Assembly: GCA_964016885.1 (NCBI GenBank)
Contig: OZ024762.1
Span: 16,926,001 to 16,990,000 of the forward strand
Direction of reading: 5' to 3'
DNA: 64,000 nt
From: Eledone cirrhosa
Lineage: Eukaryota
Shown here: in pieces, positions 38,316-51,514 of the stretch
How the letters are laid out: each line of letters opens with the position of its first letter
Numbering within the stretch: position 1 is the stretch's first letter
Program-made: the position numbers and the translations under genes
Notes under the pieces: generated by a model
What the model saw: the letters and a program-made list of their open reading frames with translations, nothing else
Database searches by the model: none
What the model was told of the DNA's origin: nothing

Positions 38316-38574
38316 CAGCAGTAGTAGTGGTAGCAGTAGTAGTAGTGGTAGTAATAGTAGTAGTAGTGGTGGTGCTAGTAGTAGTAGTAATAGTAGTGGT
38401 GGTAGTAGTAGTAGTAGTAGTGGTGGTGGTGGTGGTGGTGGTGGTAGTAGTAATGGTAGTAGTAGCAGCAGCAGCAGCAGAAGTAGTAGTAGTAGTAGTA
38501 GTAGCAGCAGCAGTAGTAATAGTAGCAGCAGCAGCAGTAGTAATAGTAGCAGCAGCAGTAGTAGTAGTAGCAGT

Positions 38575-38606
<32 letters not shown>

Positions 38607-39841
38607 TAGCGGTGGTAGTAGCAGCAGCAGCAGTAGTAGTAGCAGTAGTAGTAGCAGTAGCAGTAGTAATAGTAGTTGTAGTAGCGGTGGTGGTGGTAGC
38701 AGTAGTAGTAGTAGCAGTAGTAGTAGCAGTAGTAGTAGCAGCAGCAGTAGTAATAGTAGCAGCAGCAGCAGTAGTAATAGTAGCAGCAGCAGTAGTAGTA
38801 GTAGTAGTAGTAGCAGCAGCAGTAGTAGTAGTAGTAGTAGTAGCGGTGGTAGTAGCAGCAGCAGCAGCAGTAGTAGTAGCAGTAGTAGTAGTAGTAGCAG
38901 TAGTAATAGTAGTTGTAGTAGCGGTGGTGGTGGTAGCAGTAGTAGCAGTAGCAGCAGTAGTAGTAGTAGTAGCAGCAGTAGTTGTAGGAGTAGCAGTAGG
39001 AGTAGTAGTAGTGGTAGTGGTGGTAGCGGTGGTGGTAACTATGCAATTGGAGAAAAAAAACAATGTTGCTGTGACGTCTGCTATAAATATACATGTTCCA
39101 GGGCCAGCATCTAAAACATGTGTGACTGATGAGAGAGGGGGGTGCAGTATGTATGGAGGGGGGAGGGGTATTGGTTACCTTGGCACCACCTCCACCACCA
39201 CCATTACTGGGAGAGAGAGAGAGACAGAGAAGGACGAGGGAAGAGGAGAGAGAGAAAAATGAGAGGAAGAGAATGAAAGAGAGGGAGAGTGAATGAAAGA
39301 GAGGGAGAGTGAATGAAAGAGAGAGAATGAATGAGCATGAGAGAGGGGGAGAATATGAGAGGGAGAGAGGAAAGGAGGGAGTGAGAGAGAAAGGGAGAAA
39401 GGGGAGGAGTGAGAGAGAAAGGGAGAAAGGGGTGAGAGTGAGAGAGAGAAGGAATGAAAGAGCACGAGAGAGAGAAGGAATGAAAGAGCACGAGAGAGAG
39501 AGAGAGAAAGGAGGGAGAGAGAGACTGTATGTGTAGTGTTGGTAGTAGTAGTAGTAGTGGTGGTAGTGATAGTAGTAGTAGTGGTGGTGGTGGTAGTAGT
39601 AGTATTGGTAGTAGAAGTGGTAGTAGTAGTGATGGTAGTAGTAATAATAGTAGTAGTGGTAGTGGTAGTAGTAGTGGTAGTAGTAGAAGTGGTAGTGGTG
39701 GTAGTAGTAGTAGTAATAGTAGTAGTGGTAGTAGTAGTAGAAGTGGTAGTAGTAGTAGTAGCAGTAGTAGTAGTAGTAGCGGTGGTAGTAGTAGTGGTGA
39801 TAGTAGTAGTGGTGGTGGTAGTAGTGGTGATAGTGGTAGTG

Positions 39842-39880
<39 letters not shown>

Positions 39881-39952
39881 ACGGTAGTAGCGGTGGTAGT
39901 AGTAGTAGTGGTAGTAGTGGTGGTACTAGTGGTGGTGGTAGTAGTAGTAGTG

Positions 39953-39998
<46 letters not shown>

Positions 39999-40190
39999 TA
40001 GAGGTGGTAGTGCTGGTAGAGGTAGTAGTAATGGTAGTAGTAGTGGTGGGAGTCATGGTAGAGGTAGTAGTAGTGGTGATAGTAGTAGTAGTGGTGGTAG
40101 TAATTGTAGAAGTAGTAGTAGTGGTGGTGGTAGTAATTGTAGAGGTAGTAGTACTAGTAGTAGTAGTGGTAATAATAGTGGTGGTAGTCA
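38203..40190. repeat. (AGT/AGC/GGT)n arrays flanking a GA-rich tract
   Basis: Direct inspection. Confidence 0.9.
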
Positions 40191-40636
40191 TGAGCTTATA
40201 ATTGATAATTTTAGGTAGAAATTCTTTTTTAAAAATATTTTTTATGTTTCTTTCATTTTTAATATAAAGAAATTCAAATTAAACTGGATAAGGTGGGGTG
40301 GGCCAGGATGGAGATAAAAAGAAAACTTCAGAATATGTACTTTGGAATATCAGATTGAAAACAGCAAAACTATGTTTCATATCTGTGAAATGACATTTTA
40401 AGAAAATTGCTCCCTTTATCATATGTTGTTTCAATCAGTAGAAGCTAAACTATGAGGGACCACAGTAGCTTCTATACACCTAACCCTAACCCTTACCCTC
40501 TGTCTCACAAAAAAGAATGAATTCTTTGACAGTGCAAATATCTTTTATTGGTAATTGATACCCACCCCACAACCCTCACCGAAATACTTTCATTTCAAGA
40601 AATTACTAACTCATAAAATTGTCTTCGAGACATACT

Positions 40637-41745
40637 TTAACTATATAGCTTTTACATTACTCCTTATTTATTATTGTATTTTCATGGTAAACACTTTACC
40701 TCACATAACATTTATATTACTCTATAATTATTATTGTATTTTCATGGTAAACACTTTACCTCACATAACATTTATATTACTCTATAATTATTATTGTATT
40801 TTCATGGTAAACACTTTACCTTACATAATTATCTCACATAACATTTACATTACTCTATATATACTATTGTATTTTCATGGTAAAGCTTTATCTTACATAA
40901 TTATCTCACATAACATTTACATTACTCTATATATACTATTGTATTTTCACAGTAAAGGCTTTACTTTACATAATATCTCATAATATTTACATTACACTAT
41001 ATATACTATTGTATTTTCATGGTAAAGGCTTTACCTTACATAATATCTCACATAACATTTACATTACTCTATATATACTATTGTATTTTCACAGTAAAGG
41101 CTTTATTTTACATAATATCTCATAACATTTACATTCCACTATATATATTATTGTATTTTCATGGTAAACACTTTACCTCACATAATATCTCACATAACAT
41201 TTACATTACTCTATATATACTATTGTATTTTCACAGTAAAGGCTTTATTTTACATATCTCACATAACATTTACATTACTCTATATATACTATTGTATTTT
41301 CATGGTAAAGGCTTTACCTTACATAATATCTCACATAACATTTACATTACTCTATATTTACTATTGTATTTTCATAGGAAAGGCTTTATTTCACATAATT
41401 ATCTCACATAATATTGAATCTGTGAGATTTTGATATTATTTATTTTGAGAACAATACATTAACCCTTTAGCATTTACATTATAAATATACTATTGTATTT
41501 TCTTGGTAAAGGCTTTACCTCACATAATATCTCACATAACATTTACATTACTCTATATATACTATTGTATTTTCACAGTAAAGGCTTTACCTCACATAAT
41601 ATCTCACATAACATTTACATTACTCTATATATACTATTGTATTTTCACAGTAAAGGCTTTACCTCACATAATATCTAACATAACATTTACATTACTCTAT
41701 ATATACTATTGTATTTTCATGGTAAAGGCTTTATTTCACATAATT
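40637..41745 (+). mobile_element. piggyBac-like MITE remnants with expanded 60-72-bp internal tandem
   Basis: Unit CACATAACATTTACATTACTCTATATATACTATTGTATTTTCATGGTAAAGGCTTTACCT...; new TTAACCCTTTAG start at 41459. Confidence 0.75.
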
Positions 41746-42123
41746 CAGCCTCATCACTATTTAGCATCCGTTTTTCCATGCTTGCGTAGGTTAGACTGAT
41801 CATCCAGAACTGGCCACACCATACCTTGCTCCTATGAGGACTGTAAGGATGGCCAAGGATTTTACAACTGAGAACTCTGAGATACTATATTCAAATATCT
41901 ATATTTTTAACTGTTGGTCAATCAATGACAAACATTGATTGCCAGCTGAATTATTTATAGAAATATAAAATATACTGAAGTGAAAACGAAACGAAACAGT
42001 GAGTGTGTTTTACTATATTTCTGGCAATATTATAACATGCCCCTCCCCATGTATAACAAAAAAATATACTGAAGCGAAAACCAAATCAAATGGTGAGTGT
42101 GTTTTATTATATATTTCTGGCAT

Positions 42124-42995
42124 TTAACCCTTTAATGTTCAAACCAGCCAAATCCAGCCAGAATTCTCTACCTCTTTCTGTTGAAACTGGCTGTAACTGG
42201 CCACGCATACTGATGTTAAGGTATTGTTCTCAAAATAAACAATATCAAAATCTCAGATTCGATATTATGTGAGATAATTATGCGAGGTAAAGCCTTTACC
42301 ATGAAAATATAATAGTATATATAGAGTAATGTAAATGTTATGTGAGATATTATGTGAGGTAAAGCCTTTACCATGAAAATATAATAGTATATATAGAGTA
42401 ATGTAAATGTTATGTGAGATATTATGTGAGGTAAAGCCTTTACCATGAAAATATAATAGTATATATAGAGTAATGTAAATGTTATGTGAGATATTATGTG
42501 AGGTAAAGCCTTTACCATGAAAATATAATAGTATATATAGAGTAATGTAAATGTTATGTGAGATATTATGTGAGGTAAAGCCTTTACTATGAAAATATAA
42601 TAGTATATATAGAGTAATGTAAATGTTATGTGAGATATTATGTGAGGTAAAGCCTTTACCATGAAAATATAATAGTATATATAGAGTAATGTAAATGTTA
42701 TGTGAGATATTATGTGAGGTAAAGCCTTTACCATGAAAATATAATAGTATATATAGAGTAATGTAAATGTTATGTGAGATATTATGTGAGGTAAAGCCTT
42801 TACCATGAAAATATAATAGTATATATAGAGTAATGTAAATGTTATGTGAGATATTATGTGAGGTAAAGCCTTTACCATGAAAATATAATAGTATATATAG
42901 AGTAATGTAAATGTTATGTGAGATATTATGTGAGGTAAAGCCTTTACCATGAAAATATAATAGTATATATAGAGTAATGTAAATGCTAAAGGGTT
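42124..42995 (-). mobile_element. piggyBac-like MITE with ~10 near-identical 72-bp internal repeats
   Basis: TTAACCCTTTA at 42124 and TGCTAAAGGGTT at ~42984-42995; period of 72 (42301, 42373). Confidence 0.85.
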
Positions 42996-43264
42996 TTAAG
43001 GATAAAAGGCAAAGTTAACCTCGGTCTGAGTCCAAATCCCACCGAGGTTAACTTTGCCTTTCATCCTTACAGGGTCGATAAAATAAAGTACCAGTCATGC
43101 ACTGGGATAATTGCTGGCCGTGTGCCAAAAGTAGAAACAATGATATATTTCTGGCAATAATATAACATGACCCTCCTCAACTATAACAAAAAAATATACT
43201 GAAGTGAAAACCAAACCAAGTCTGTTTTATTATATATTCCTGGCAATATTAAAACAACATAAGG

Positions 43265-43678
43265 TTTACTCAGCTGTAGAAATGAGATGATAGGGACTGG
43301 GGTTCCTATCATTCCACTGCAAAGTGGTCGTGGAGGTGCCACGGCAAAAAAGCACCCAGCACTCACTGTAAATGAGGTTGGTGTTAGGAAGAGCATCCAG
43401 CTGTAGAAATCATGCCAGAATCAGTTCCCGTCCCACCCTTGCAAGCAGGGAAAAGTGGACGTAAAATGAAATGAAATGAAATGAAATAAGGGCGGTGGAT
43501 TGGCAGTATCGGTAGAGGATTGGACGCCATGCTTTGTCGCATAGAGTTACGGCCCTTGCCATTCTGAGTTCAAATCCCGCCGAGGTTAACTTTGCCTTTC
43601 ATCCTTACGGGGTCGATAAAATAAAAGTACCAGTAATGTACTGGGTAATTGCTGGCCTTGTGCCAATAGTAGAAACAA
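43265..43678 (+). mobile_element. SINE A 3' part followed by a full SINE B
   Basis: RTE-type tail with (ATGAA)n, then GGCGGTGGATTGGCAGTATCGGTAGAG head. Confidence 0.8.
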
Positions 43679-44745
43679 TATTAAAACAACATGACCCTCC
43701 CCAAGTATAACAATAAAAGTACCAGTAATGTACTGGGTAATTGCTCTTGAGAGAGCTTCACGGCCGAAGTATTTAGAGAAGAAACCTCTTGCAAGTATTT
43801 CGGCCCTTAATTTCTTACTCTCAAAAGGAGCCAGGCTGTGTCCAGGTCATGCAATAATAACGCTTTCTGATTTAGGAACAAGGTCAGCAATTATCTCAGG
43901 AGGGTGGGGGGGGGGTAAGAAGTGTGGAGTGGGGGTTGTTGAGGGTGGGGGTAGGGATATTGTGTGAGTGGGGATGCTGAAGTGGCGGGGGGGTGGTATG
44001 GGGTGAGAAGCGTGGGTGGGGATGTTGTGGAGCTGGGTGGGGTTGTGGTGCGTCAGGTGGCATGGAGTGGAGTGAGGTGAGATGAAACGAGATGAGGTGA
44101 GGTGAGACCTGGAGGTGGAGGGGGCAGTGTGAGGTGAGGTGAGGTGAGGTGAGGCCTGGAGGGGGAGGGGGCAGTGTGAGGTGAGGTGAGGTGAGGCCTG
44201 GAGGCGGAGGGGGCAGTGTGAGGTGAGGTGAGGTGAGGCCTGGAGGGGGAGGGGGCAGTGTGAGGTGCGGTGAGGTGGTTGAGGCCCCCAAGGGAATCAG
44301 TGTGAGGTGTGGTGAGAGGTGGTGTGAATGACGCGAGCAGGTGTGAAGTGAAGTGATGGAAGTAGGAGTGTGGGGTTGGGGGGGGGGGCTAGTGTCAGGG
44401 GAGGTGAGATGAAACACAGTGGGGGTGGTTGGAGGAGGAGGGAGAGGCAGTGATAGTGCCATAGCAAGTGGTGGCGGTGGTGTGACGGAAGGTCTGATGA
44501 GATTAAGACGAGATGTAGAAATAGCATCATTGGAGATAAAAAAGATTTATTTTAGTGAGAAACACGTGAAGACAGGAACAGGAAGTTGAGTTACCTGAGA
44601 GAGGGGGAGGGGAGAGATGGGGGGAAGGGAGAGAGAGATGGGGGAGAGGGAGAGAGATGGATATATATATATATATATATTTCTGGCAATATTATAACAA
44701 TATGACCCTCCCCAAATATAACAATATATACATATATATATATAC

Positions 44746-44781
<36 letters not shown>

Positions 44782-44829
44782 GCAGAGGTTATATTTAATT
44801 TGTTGGGATTCAACAAGCTTAAACATTTT

Positions 44830-46477
44830 TTATATATATATATAAAAACGAAAATGTCTGTCTGTCTATATGCAGGCGATGCATTTCCACAGTTTCCATC
44901 CGATTTTGTTCAAATTTGATACATAAGTTATTTAGCCATCGGAGCATATCAACGTATAGCTTAAATCTTGCTCTCCCCTAAAATAGCAGAGTTCTGGGGC
45001 TATTTAAAGACAGAGTGAGGCAGGTCTTCCATGTCAACATATAGTTTAAATCTCTCTATCCCCTAAAATAGCAGAGTTCTTGGGCTATTTAAAGAGAGTG
45101 TGAGGCAAGTCTTCCATGTCAACATATAGTTTAAATCTTGCTCTCCCTTAAAATAGCAGAGTTCTGGGGCTATTTAAAGATGGTGTGAGACAGGTCTTCC
45201 ATGTCAACATTTAGTTTAAATCTTGCTCTCCCCTAAAATAGCAGAGTTCTGGGGCTATTTAAAGACGGGATGAGGCAGGTCTTCCATGTCAACATATAGT
45301 TTAAATATTGCTCTCCCTTAAAATAGCAGAGTTCTGGGGCTATTTAAAGATGGTGTGAGACAGGTCTTCCATGTCAACATTTAGTTTAAATCTTGCTCTC
45401 CCCTAAAATAGCAGAGTTCTGGGGCTATTTAAAGACGGGATGAGGCAGGTCTTCCATGTCAACATATAGTTTAAATATTGCTCTCCCTTAAAATAGCAGA
45501 GTTCTGGGGCTATTTAAAGACAGTGTGAGACAGGTCTTCCATGTCAACATATAGTTTAAATATTGCTCTCCCTTAAAATAGCAGAACTCTGGGGCTATTT
45601 AAAGACGGTGTGAGGCAGGTCTTCCATGTCAACATATAGTTTAAATATTGCTCTCCCTTAAAATAGCAGAACTCTGGGGCTATTTAAAGACGGGGTGAGG
45701 CAGGTCTTCCATGTCAACATATAGTTTAAATATTGCTCTCCCTTAAAATAGCAGAGTTCTGGGGCTATTTAAAGACGGTGTGAGGCAGGTCTTCCATGTC
45801 AACATATAGTTTAAATATTGCTCTCCCTTAAAATAGCAGAGTTCTGGGGCTATTTAAAGACGGTGTGAGGCAGGTCTTCCATGTCAACATATAGTTTAAA
45901 TATTGCTCTCCCTTAAAATAGCAGAACTCTGGGGTTATTTAAAGACAGGGTGAGGCAGGTCTTCCATGTCAACATATAGTTTAAATATTGCTCTCCCTTA
46001 AAATAGCAGCGTTCTGGGGCTATTTAAAGACGGGGTGAGGCAGGTCTTCCATATCAACATATAGTTTAAATATTGCTCTCCCTTAAAATAGCAGAACTCT
46101 GGGGTTATTTAAAGACAGGGTGAGGCAGGTCTTCCATGTCAACATATAGTTTAAATCTTGCTCTCCCTTAAAATAGCAGAGTTCTGGGGCTATTTAAAGA
46201 CAGTGTGAGGCAGGTCTTCCATGTCAACATATAGTTTAAATATTGCTCTCCCTTAAAATAACAGAACTCTGGGGCTATTTAAAGACGGTGTGAGGCAGGT
46301 CTTCCATGTCAACATATAGTTTAAATATTGCTCTTCCTTAAAATAGCAGAACTCTGGGGCTATTTAAAGACGGGGTGAGGCAGGTCTTCCATGTCAACAT
46401 ATAGTTTAAATATTGCTCTCCCTTAAAATAGCAGAGTTCTGGGGCTATTTAAAGACAGGGTGAGGCAGGTCTTCCAT
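44830..46477 (+). mobile_element. Helitron-like 5' end followed by an 85-bp tandem array (~18 copies)
   Basis: TATATATAAAAACGAAAATGTCTGTCTGTC...CATCCGATTTTGTTCAAATTTG start; period of 85 (45301, 45386, 45471). Confidence 0.65.
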
Positions 46478-46584
46478 ACATACATTATTTGTGGTATAAA
46501 AACGCTGAGAGTTGGTGAAATAAATCACTGCCACTACTGGAATTGAATAAACAAAACTGTAGCTGTATGTTGCATATCAAATCT

Positions 46585-46651
46585 TATATTTTGTCTGATG
46601 AAAACATACTTAAACACCATGGTACCTTTGAAATATGTATAATAAAATATA
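46585..46651 (+). ncRNA. Type-I hammerhead ribozyme motif, copy 4
   Basis: TATATTTTGT-CTGATGA-AAA.C.ATAC..GTAC.C.TTT-GAAA-TATGTA-TA-ATAAAATATA. Confidence 0.7.
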
Positions 46652-46699
46652 TATTTTGATTATGAGAATATTTTTCATTTATTAATATTTTGAATAATT

Positions 46700-47053
46700 G
46701 GGGAGACCCAAGAAAACCTGGGATGAGGTGATAAAAGCTGACCTTACCCAATTACACCTCTCAAAGGCGATGACACACGACCGTGACCTCTGCCGTCACA
46801 CAGTAATACAGAAGACCCGACCCCCCACACTGTAAAATGGACGTGTAGGCGCCACGGAAGAAAGCACCCAGCACTCACTATAAATTAGGTTGGTGTTAGG
46901 AAGGGCATCCAGCTGTAGAAATCAAGCCAGAATCAGTTCCTGTATGAGCAAGGCATGGTCAGCTGACTGGACACTGCCTACAACAGGACAACCCGTCTAA
47001 CCCATGCAAGCAGGGAAAAACGGACGTAAAACAGTGATGATGATGCTGATGAT
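46700..47053 (+). mobile_element. RTE ORF end directly followed by SINE-type central domain and tail
   Basis: GRPKKTWDEVIKADL...DRDLCRHTVIQKTRPPTL*, then GGTTGGTGTTAGGAAGGGCATCCAGC. Confidence 0.75.
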
Positions 47054-47064
47054 ATATATATATA

Positions 47065-47402
47065 TCATCATCATCATCATTTTATGTCCACTTTTCCCTG
47101 CTTGCAAGGGTGGGGCAGGAACTGATTCTGGCTTGATTTCTACAGCTGGAGGCCCTTCCTAACACCAACCTCATTTTCAGTGAGTGCTGGGTGCTTTTTT
47201 GCCGTGGCACTTCCACGACCACTTTGCAGTGGAATGATAGGGACCCCAGTCCCTATCATCTCATTTCTACAGCTGAGTAAATTGGAGCAATGTGAAATAA
47301 AGTGTCTTGCTCAAGGAAACAACACATCACCCGGTCTGAGAATTGAACTCACAACCTTTCGATTGCAAGGCCAATGCTCTAACCACTAAGCCATGTGCCT
47401 CC
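47065..47402 (-). mobile_element. Full SINE family A
   Basis: Matches 10195-10520. Confidence 0.85.
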
Positions 47403-48344
47403 ATAAATAATTATATTTCATTTAAATATTTCTTACAAATGGCTGGTTGTAGAAATTCTGTATATTCTTGAATATAAGCCAAGGAATATGTGACAAAAAG
47501 AAAAAAAAAATTGCTGGTAAAATGGGAAGTTGGCTTATATTCACCAGGTAAACAATGTCTTGATTAGCTCCCTCGGCTTATAAATGGGATTTGAATTTTT
47601 GTTAATTTCTCAGGCTGATAAGGGGGTTGGCTTTTATTCGAGTATATACTGTACATATTAAAACCATTTTTCATGAACTAATTTGAGATTTTATGGGGTT
47701 TATTTTGTAAAAGGGCTGTAGGAAAAGTTCCAATCCTAGAAGAATAGTCTCACACTAAAATGTTTAAAGGTGAACAAGACAATGACTGAGAAAAGGACCA
47801 GTTGGTTACTATGTACAAAATGACAATAGTATGGATATAGATATATCATCATCATCATCATCACCATTTTACGTCCGTGTTTCCCTGCTTGCAAGGGTGG
47901 GACGTTGTATATATATGTGTATATCTGTATTTTAATAAATATTTGATATACCACCACCACCATCACCACCACCACCACCATCACCACCACCACCACCACC
48001 ACAACCACCACCACCAACACCAACACCACCACCACAACCACCACACCACTGCCATCAACACCAGGTGAGGTGCATACATAATAAAGAACTTGGGTCAGTT
48101 ACACTGAACTCCCCTCTCCTCCCTTCCACTCCAGCCCACCCCAAATTGCTGGTATTGTACCTGAAGTAGAAGCTACTATTAAGGTCACATCCTTCATTAA
48201 CACCAACATCTAAAGACCCTTTTATCAACATTATCAATTCAAACTCCCTTGATTACCATTCCCTCGCTAAAATGGAAATAGAAATTCCTTGTTTGTTGTG
48301 GAACTAATTCCACACCAGTGAACCAGAACGTTCTAGAATGCTGG

Positions 48345-49090
48345 GGGGGGGGGGGGTAGTGTGGGAGGTAGTGGTGGTGGGGGGGTAGTGCAGGAGGTAG
48401 TGGTGGTGTTGTGTGTGTGGGGTAGTGGTGGTGTGGTGGTTGTGGTGGTGTTGTTGTTGTTGTTGTTGGTGGTGGTGGTTGTGTGGTGGTTGTGGTGGTG
48501 GTGTTGGTGGCGTTGGTGGTGGGGGTAGTAGTAGTGGCGGGGGTGGTAGTAATGGTGTTGGTGGTGTTGGTGGTGTGGTGGTGGTAGTAGTGGTGGCAGT
48601 GGTGTTGGTGGTGTAGTGGTGGTGGTGTGGTGGTGGTGGTGGTGGTGGTGTGGTGGTTGTGGTGGTGGTGGTGGTGGTGTGGTGGTTGTGGTGGTGGTGG
48701 TAGTGGTGGGGGTGGTGTTGGTAGTGGTGGGGGGGGTGTTGGTAGTGGTGGTGGTGGTGGTGTTTGTGGTTTAGTGGTGGTGGTGGTGGTGGTGGTGTTG
48801 GTGGCGGTGGTGTGGTGGTGGTGGTGGTGTTGGTGGTGGTGGTGTTGGTGGTGGTGGTGGTGGTAGTGGTGGTGTTGGTAGTTGTGGTGGTGGTGTAGTG
48901 GTGGTGGTGTTGATGGTGGTGGTGGTGTTGGTGGTGGTGTTGATGGTGGTGTTGGGGTGGTAGTAGTGGTGATGGTAGTAGTGGTGGCAGTGGTGGTGGT
49001 GGTGTTGGTGGTGTAGTGGTGTTGGTGGTGTAGTGATGGTGGTGTGGTGGTGGTAGTAGTGGTGATGGTGATGGTGGTGATGGTGATGAG
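48345..49090. repeat. (GGT)n-rich low-complexity tract
   Basis: Direct inspection. Confidence 0.9.
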
Positions 49091-49531
49091 GAAGTGGGAT
49101 GTGATTTTGGGAAGATTTGGATGTTATTTCTATTAAGTTAATCTAACCAGACAGAATCTGGTTCCCTTGGTTTGGTAAGAAGTTGATATAAGGGAATGGC
49201 AGTATATTTATATATATATACATATATATATATGTGTATATATATACACATATATATATGTGTGTATATATATATAAGTATATATATACACATATATATA
49301 TGTGTGTATGTATGTATATACACATATATATATATGTGTGTATATATATATATATATCTATATACACATATATATATATATGTGTGTATATATATATATA
49401 TATCTATATATACACACACATATATATACATACATAGATATATACATACATATATATATATACAAATACATAAATACATATATATACATACATATACACA
49501 TACATAAATACATACATATACATATATACAT

Positions 49532-49580
<49 letters not shown>

Positions 49581-49588
49581 TATGCATG

Positions 49589-49620
<32 letters not shown>

Positions 49621-49699
49621 TATATATATATACACACACGTTTCTTTGTTCCGTTTTACACATATATGCGTGTGCGTATATATATATATATACAGTTAG

Positions 49700-50720
49700 A
49701 GACAAGAAATATTCCCACCACATCAACTAATCCCTAAAGTGGATCCAATGTCCACAAGGGCACAAAAGAGGGGGACAAATACAAATGGGGAGTTTACATA
49801 CAGGTATATGAAAATAAAACTATTAATAAAATAACAAATAATAATTGAAATCCCCAATAGAGGGGGGGAGGCGTTACACAGGGGTTGTACACACCCCGAA
49901 AAAATGTACAACCCTCATCTCCAGGAGCACCAAGAGTGAGTACTCCCTTCCTCTTCCTCTTTTTCCTCAACCTACAGGCTTATATAGAGAGAAGGCCCAA
50001 CCACTCGGGCCATCTTTACCACATTCACCCACCTTTTATAAAACTTGCTGGGGTACAGCACCTCTCTCTCTATCCTGATTCTTCTTCCAAAATGGTATTT
50101 GAAAAAAATGATATTTGAAAAAACGAATCAGTTGTTCGCCGGAGAGAAAAGTGTCTGACCTCAGCCCTTTTAACCTCGTCCACCATAGCCATAACACATA
50201 GGAAAACCACCTCTCCCTTGTTTTTGAAGGAGGGTGCTGGTTTGATCATGACAATGGACTCGGTGGTCAACCGGATTGGTCCCACCCACGACAATAGTCG
50301 TTCTACATAGCCCCACAGGTCGGTAACGCCCGGGCAGTGTACAAATGCGTGCGCGACGGTTTCATCGTCGCGCACGCATCTCGGACAGATCTTTTTCGAA
50401 GGGTCCCTACCCGGGCGCCCGTGTCTGTAGAGCTTGTCTCGAACAGGTAGAGCTCCTCGGTAGCACTGCCAGGCCAGGGACTTTTGGAAGTTGTCCATTG
50501 GTCCCGGGTGGAAGGTCCTACCGAACAGACTGGCCAGTTCGTCCTCCTCTACGCCTAGAGTTTCTCCGAGCGTGTCGTCACACTTGCTGCGGACCAGCCC
50601 TCTATAGAATGTCGAACTGGAGTCTCCACTGATTACCGGGTCCGTTTGCCAGAGGACTGTGAGCGCCTGAGCACATTCGATGTGCCAGTCGCCCATTTTC
50701 CTCGGTCTTTACTTGACCCA
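49700..50720 (-). mobile_element. L1/Tx1-clade LINE 3' remnant (zf-RVT CCHC region plus 3' UTR)
   Basis: FQKSLAWQCYRGALPVRDKL, CPRC..DDETVAHAFVHC; UTR AAATCCCCAATAG.GGGG is related to 58090-58500 and 58920-59210. Confidence 0.85.
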
Positions 50721-50724
50721 GGAG

Positions 50725-51300
50725 ATGGACAGATAGACAGATATGCAGGTAGACAGATAGGTAGATAGGCAGATAGGCAGGTAGGTAGATAGGCAGGTAG
50801 ACAGATAGGCAGGTAGACAGATAGGCAGGTAGATAGACAGATAGACAGATAGGCAGGTAGAGAGATAGGTAGATAGACAGATAGGCAGATAGGTAAATAG
50901 GCAGATAGACAGGTAGGTAGATAGGCAGATAGACAGATAGGCAGGTAGATAGACAGATAGGCAGGTAGATAGACAGATAGACAGATAGGCAGGTAGAGAG
51001 ATAGGTAGATAGACAGATAGGTAGATAGACAGATAGGCAGATAGGTAAATAGGCAGATAGACAGGTAGGTAAATAGGCAGATAGACAGGTAGGTAAATAG
51101 GCAGATAGACAGGTAGGTAGATAGGCAGATAGACAGATAGGCAGGTAGACAGATAGGCAGGTAGGTAGATAGGTAGATAGACAGATAGGCAGATATGTAG
51201 ATAGGCGGATAGGTAAATAGGCAGATAGGTAAATAGGTAAGATAGACAGAGATAGGCAGATAGGCAGGTAGGTAGATAGGCAGATAGGGAGGTAGATAGA
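50725..51300. repeat. (GATA/GACA/GGTA/GGCA)n tetranucleotide array
   Basis: Direct inspection. Confidence 0.9.
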
Positions 51301-51514
51301 CAAGATGAGCTAATGAGTCATATCTAACGACATGATCAATGTAGTCAGACTGAGGACCTCTCGTTAGACACTCTATCCGGTTCAGCAGAAGAAGGAACGG
51401 TGACTCATTATATTCTGTGAAATAATCGGTGTTTCACAGACATACTGGGACAATATGAAAGTTGGTAGTGATGGAGGGGGAGAATATTGATCTGTTAGTG
51501 TAGTTATAGAAGTG

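Noticed and set aside
40478-40499. CCTAACCCTAACCCTTACCC telomere-like repeat
   Set aside because: Only ~3 degenerate units; too short to call interstitial telomere
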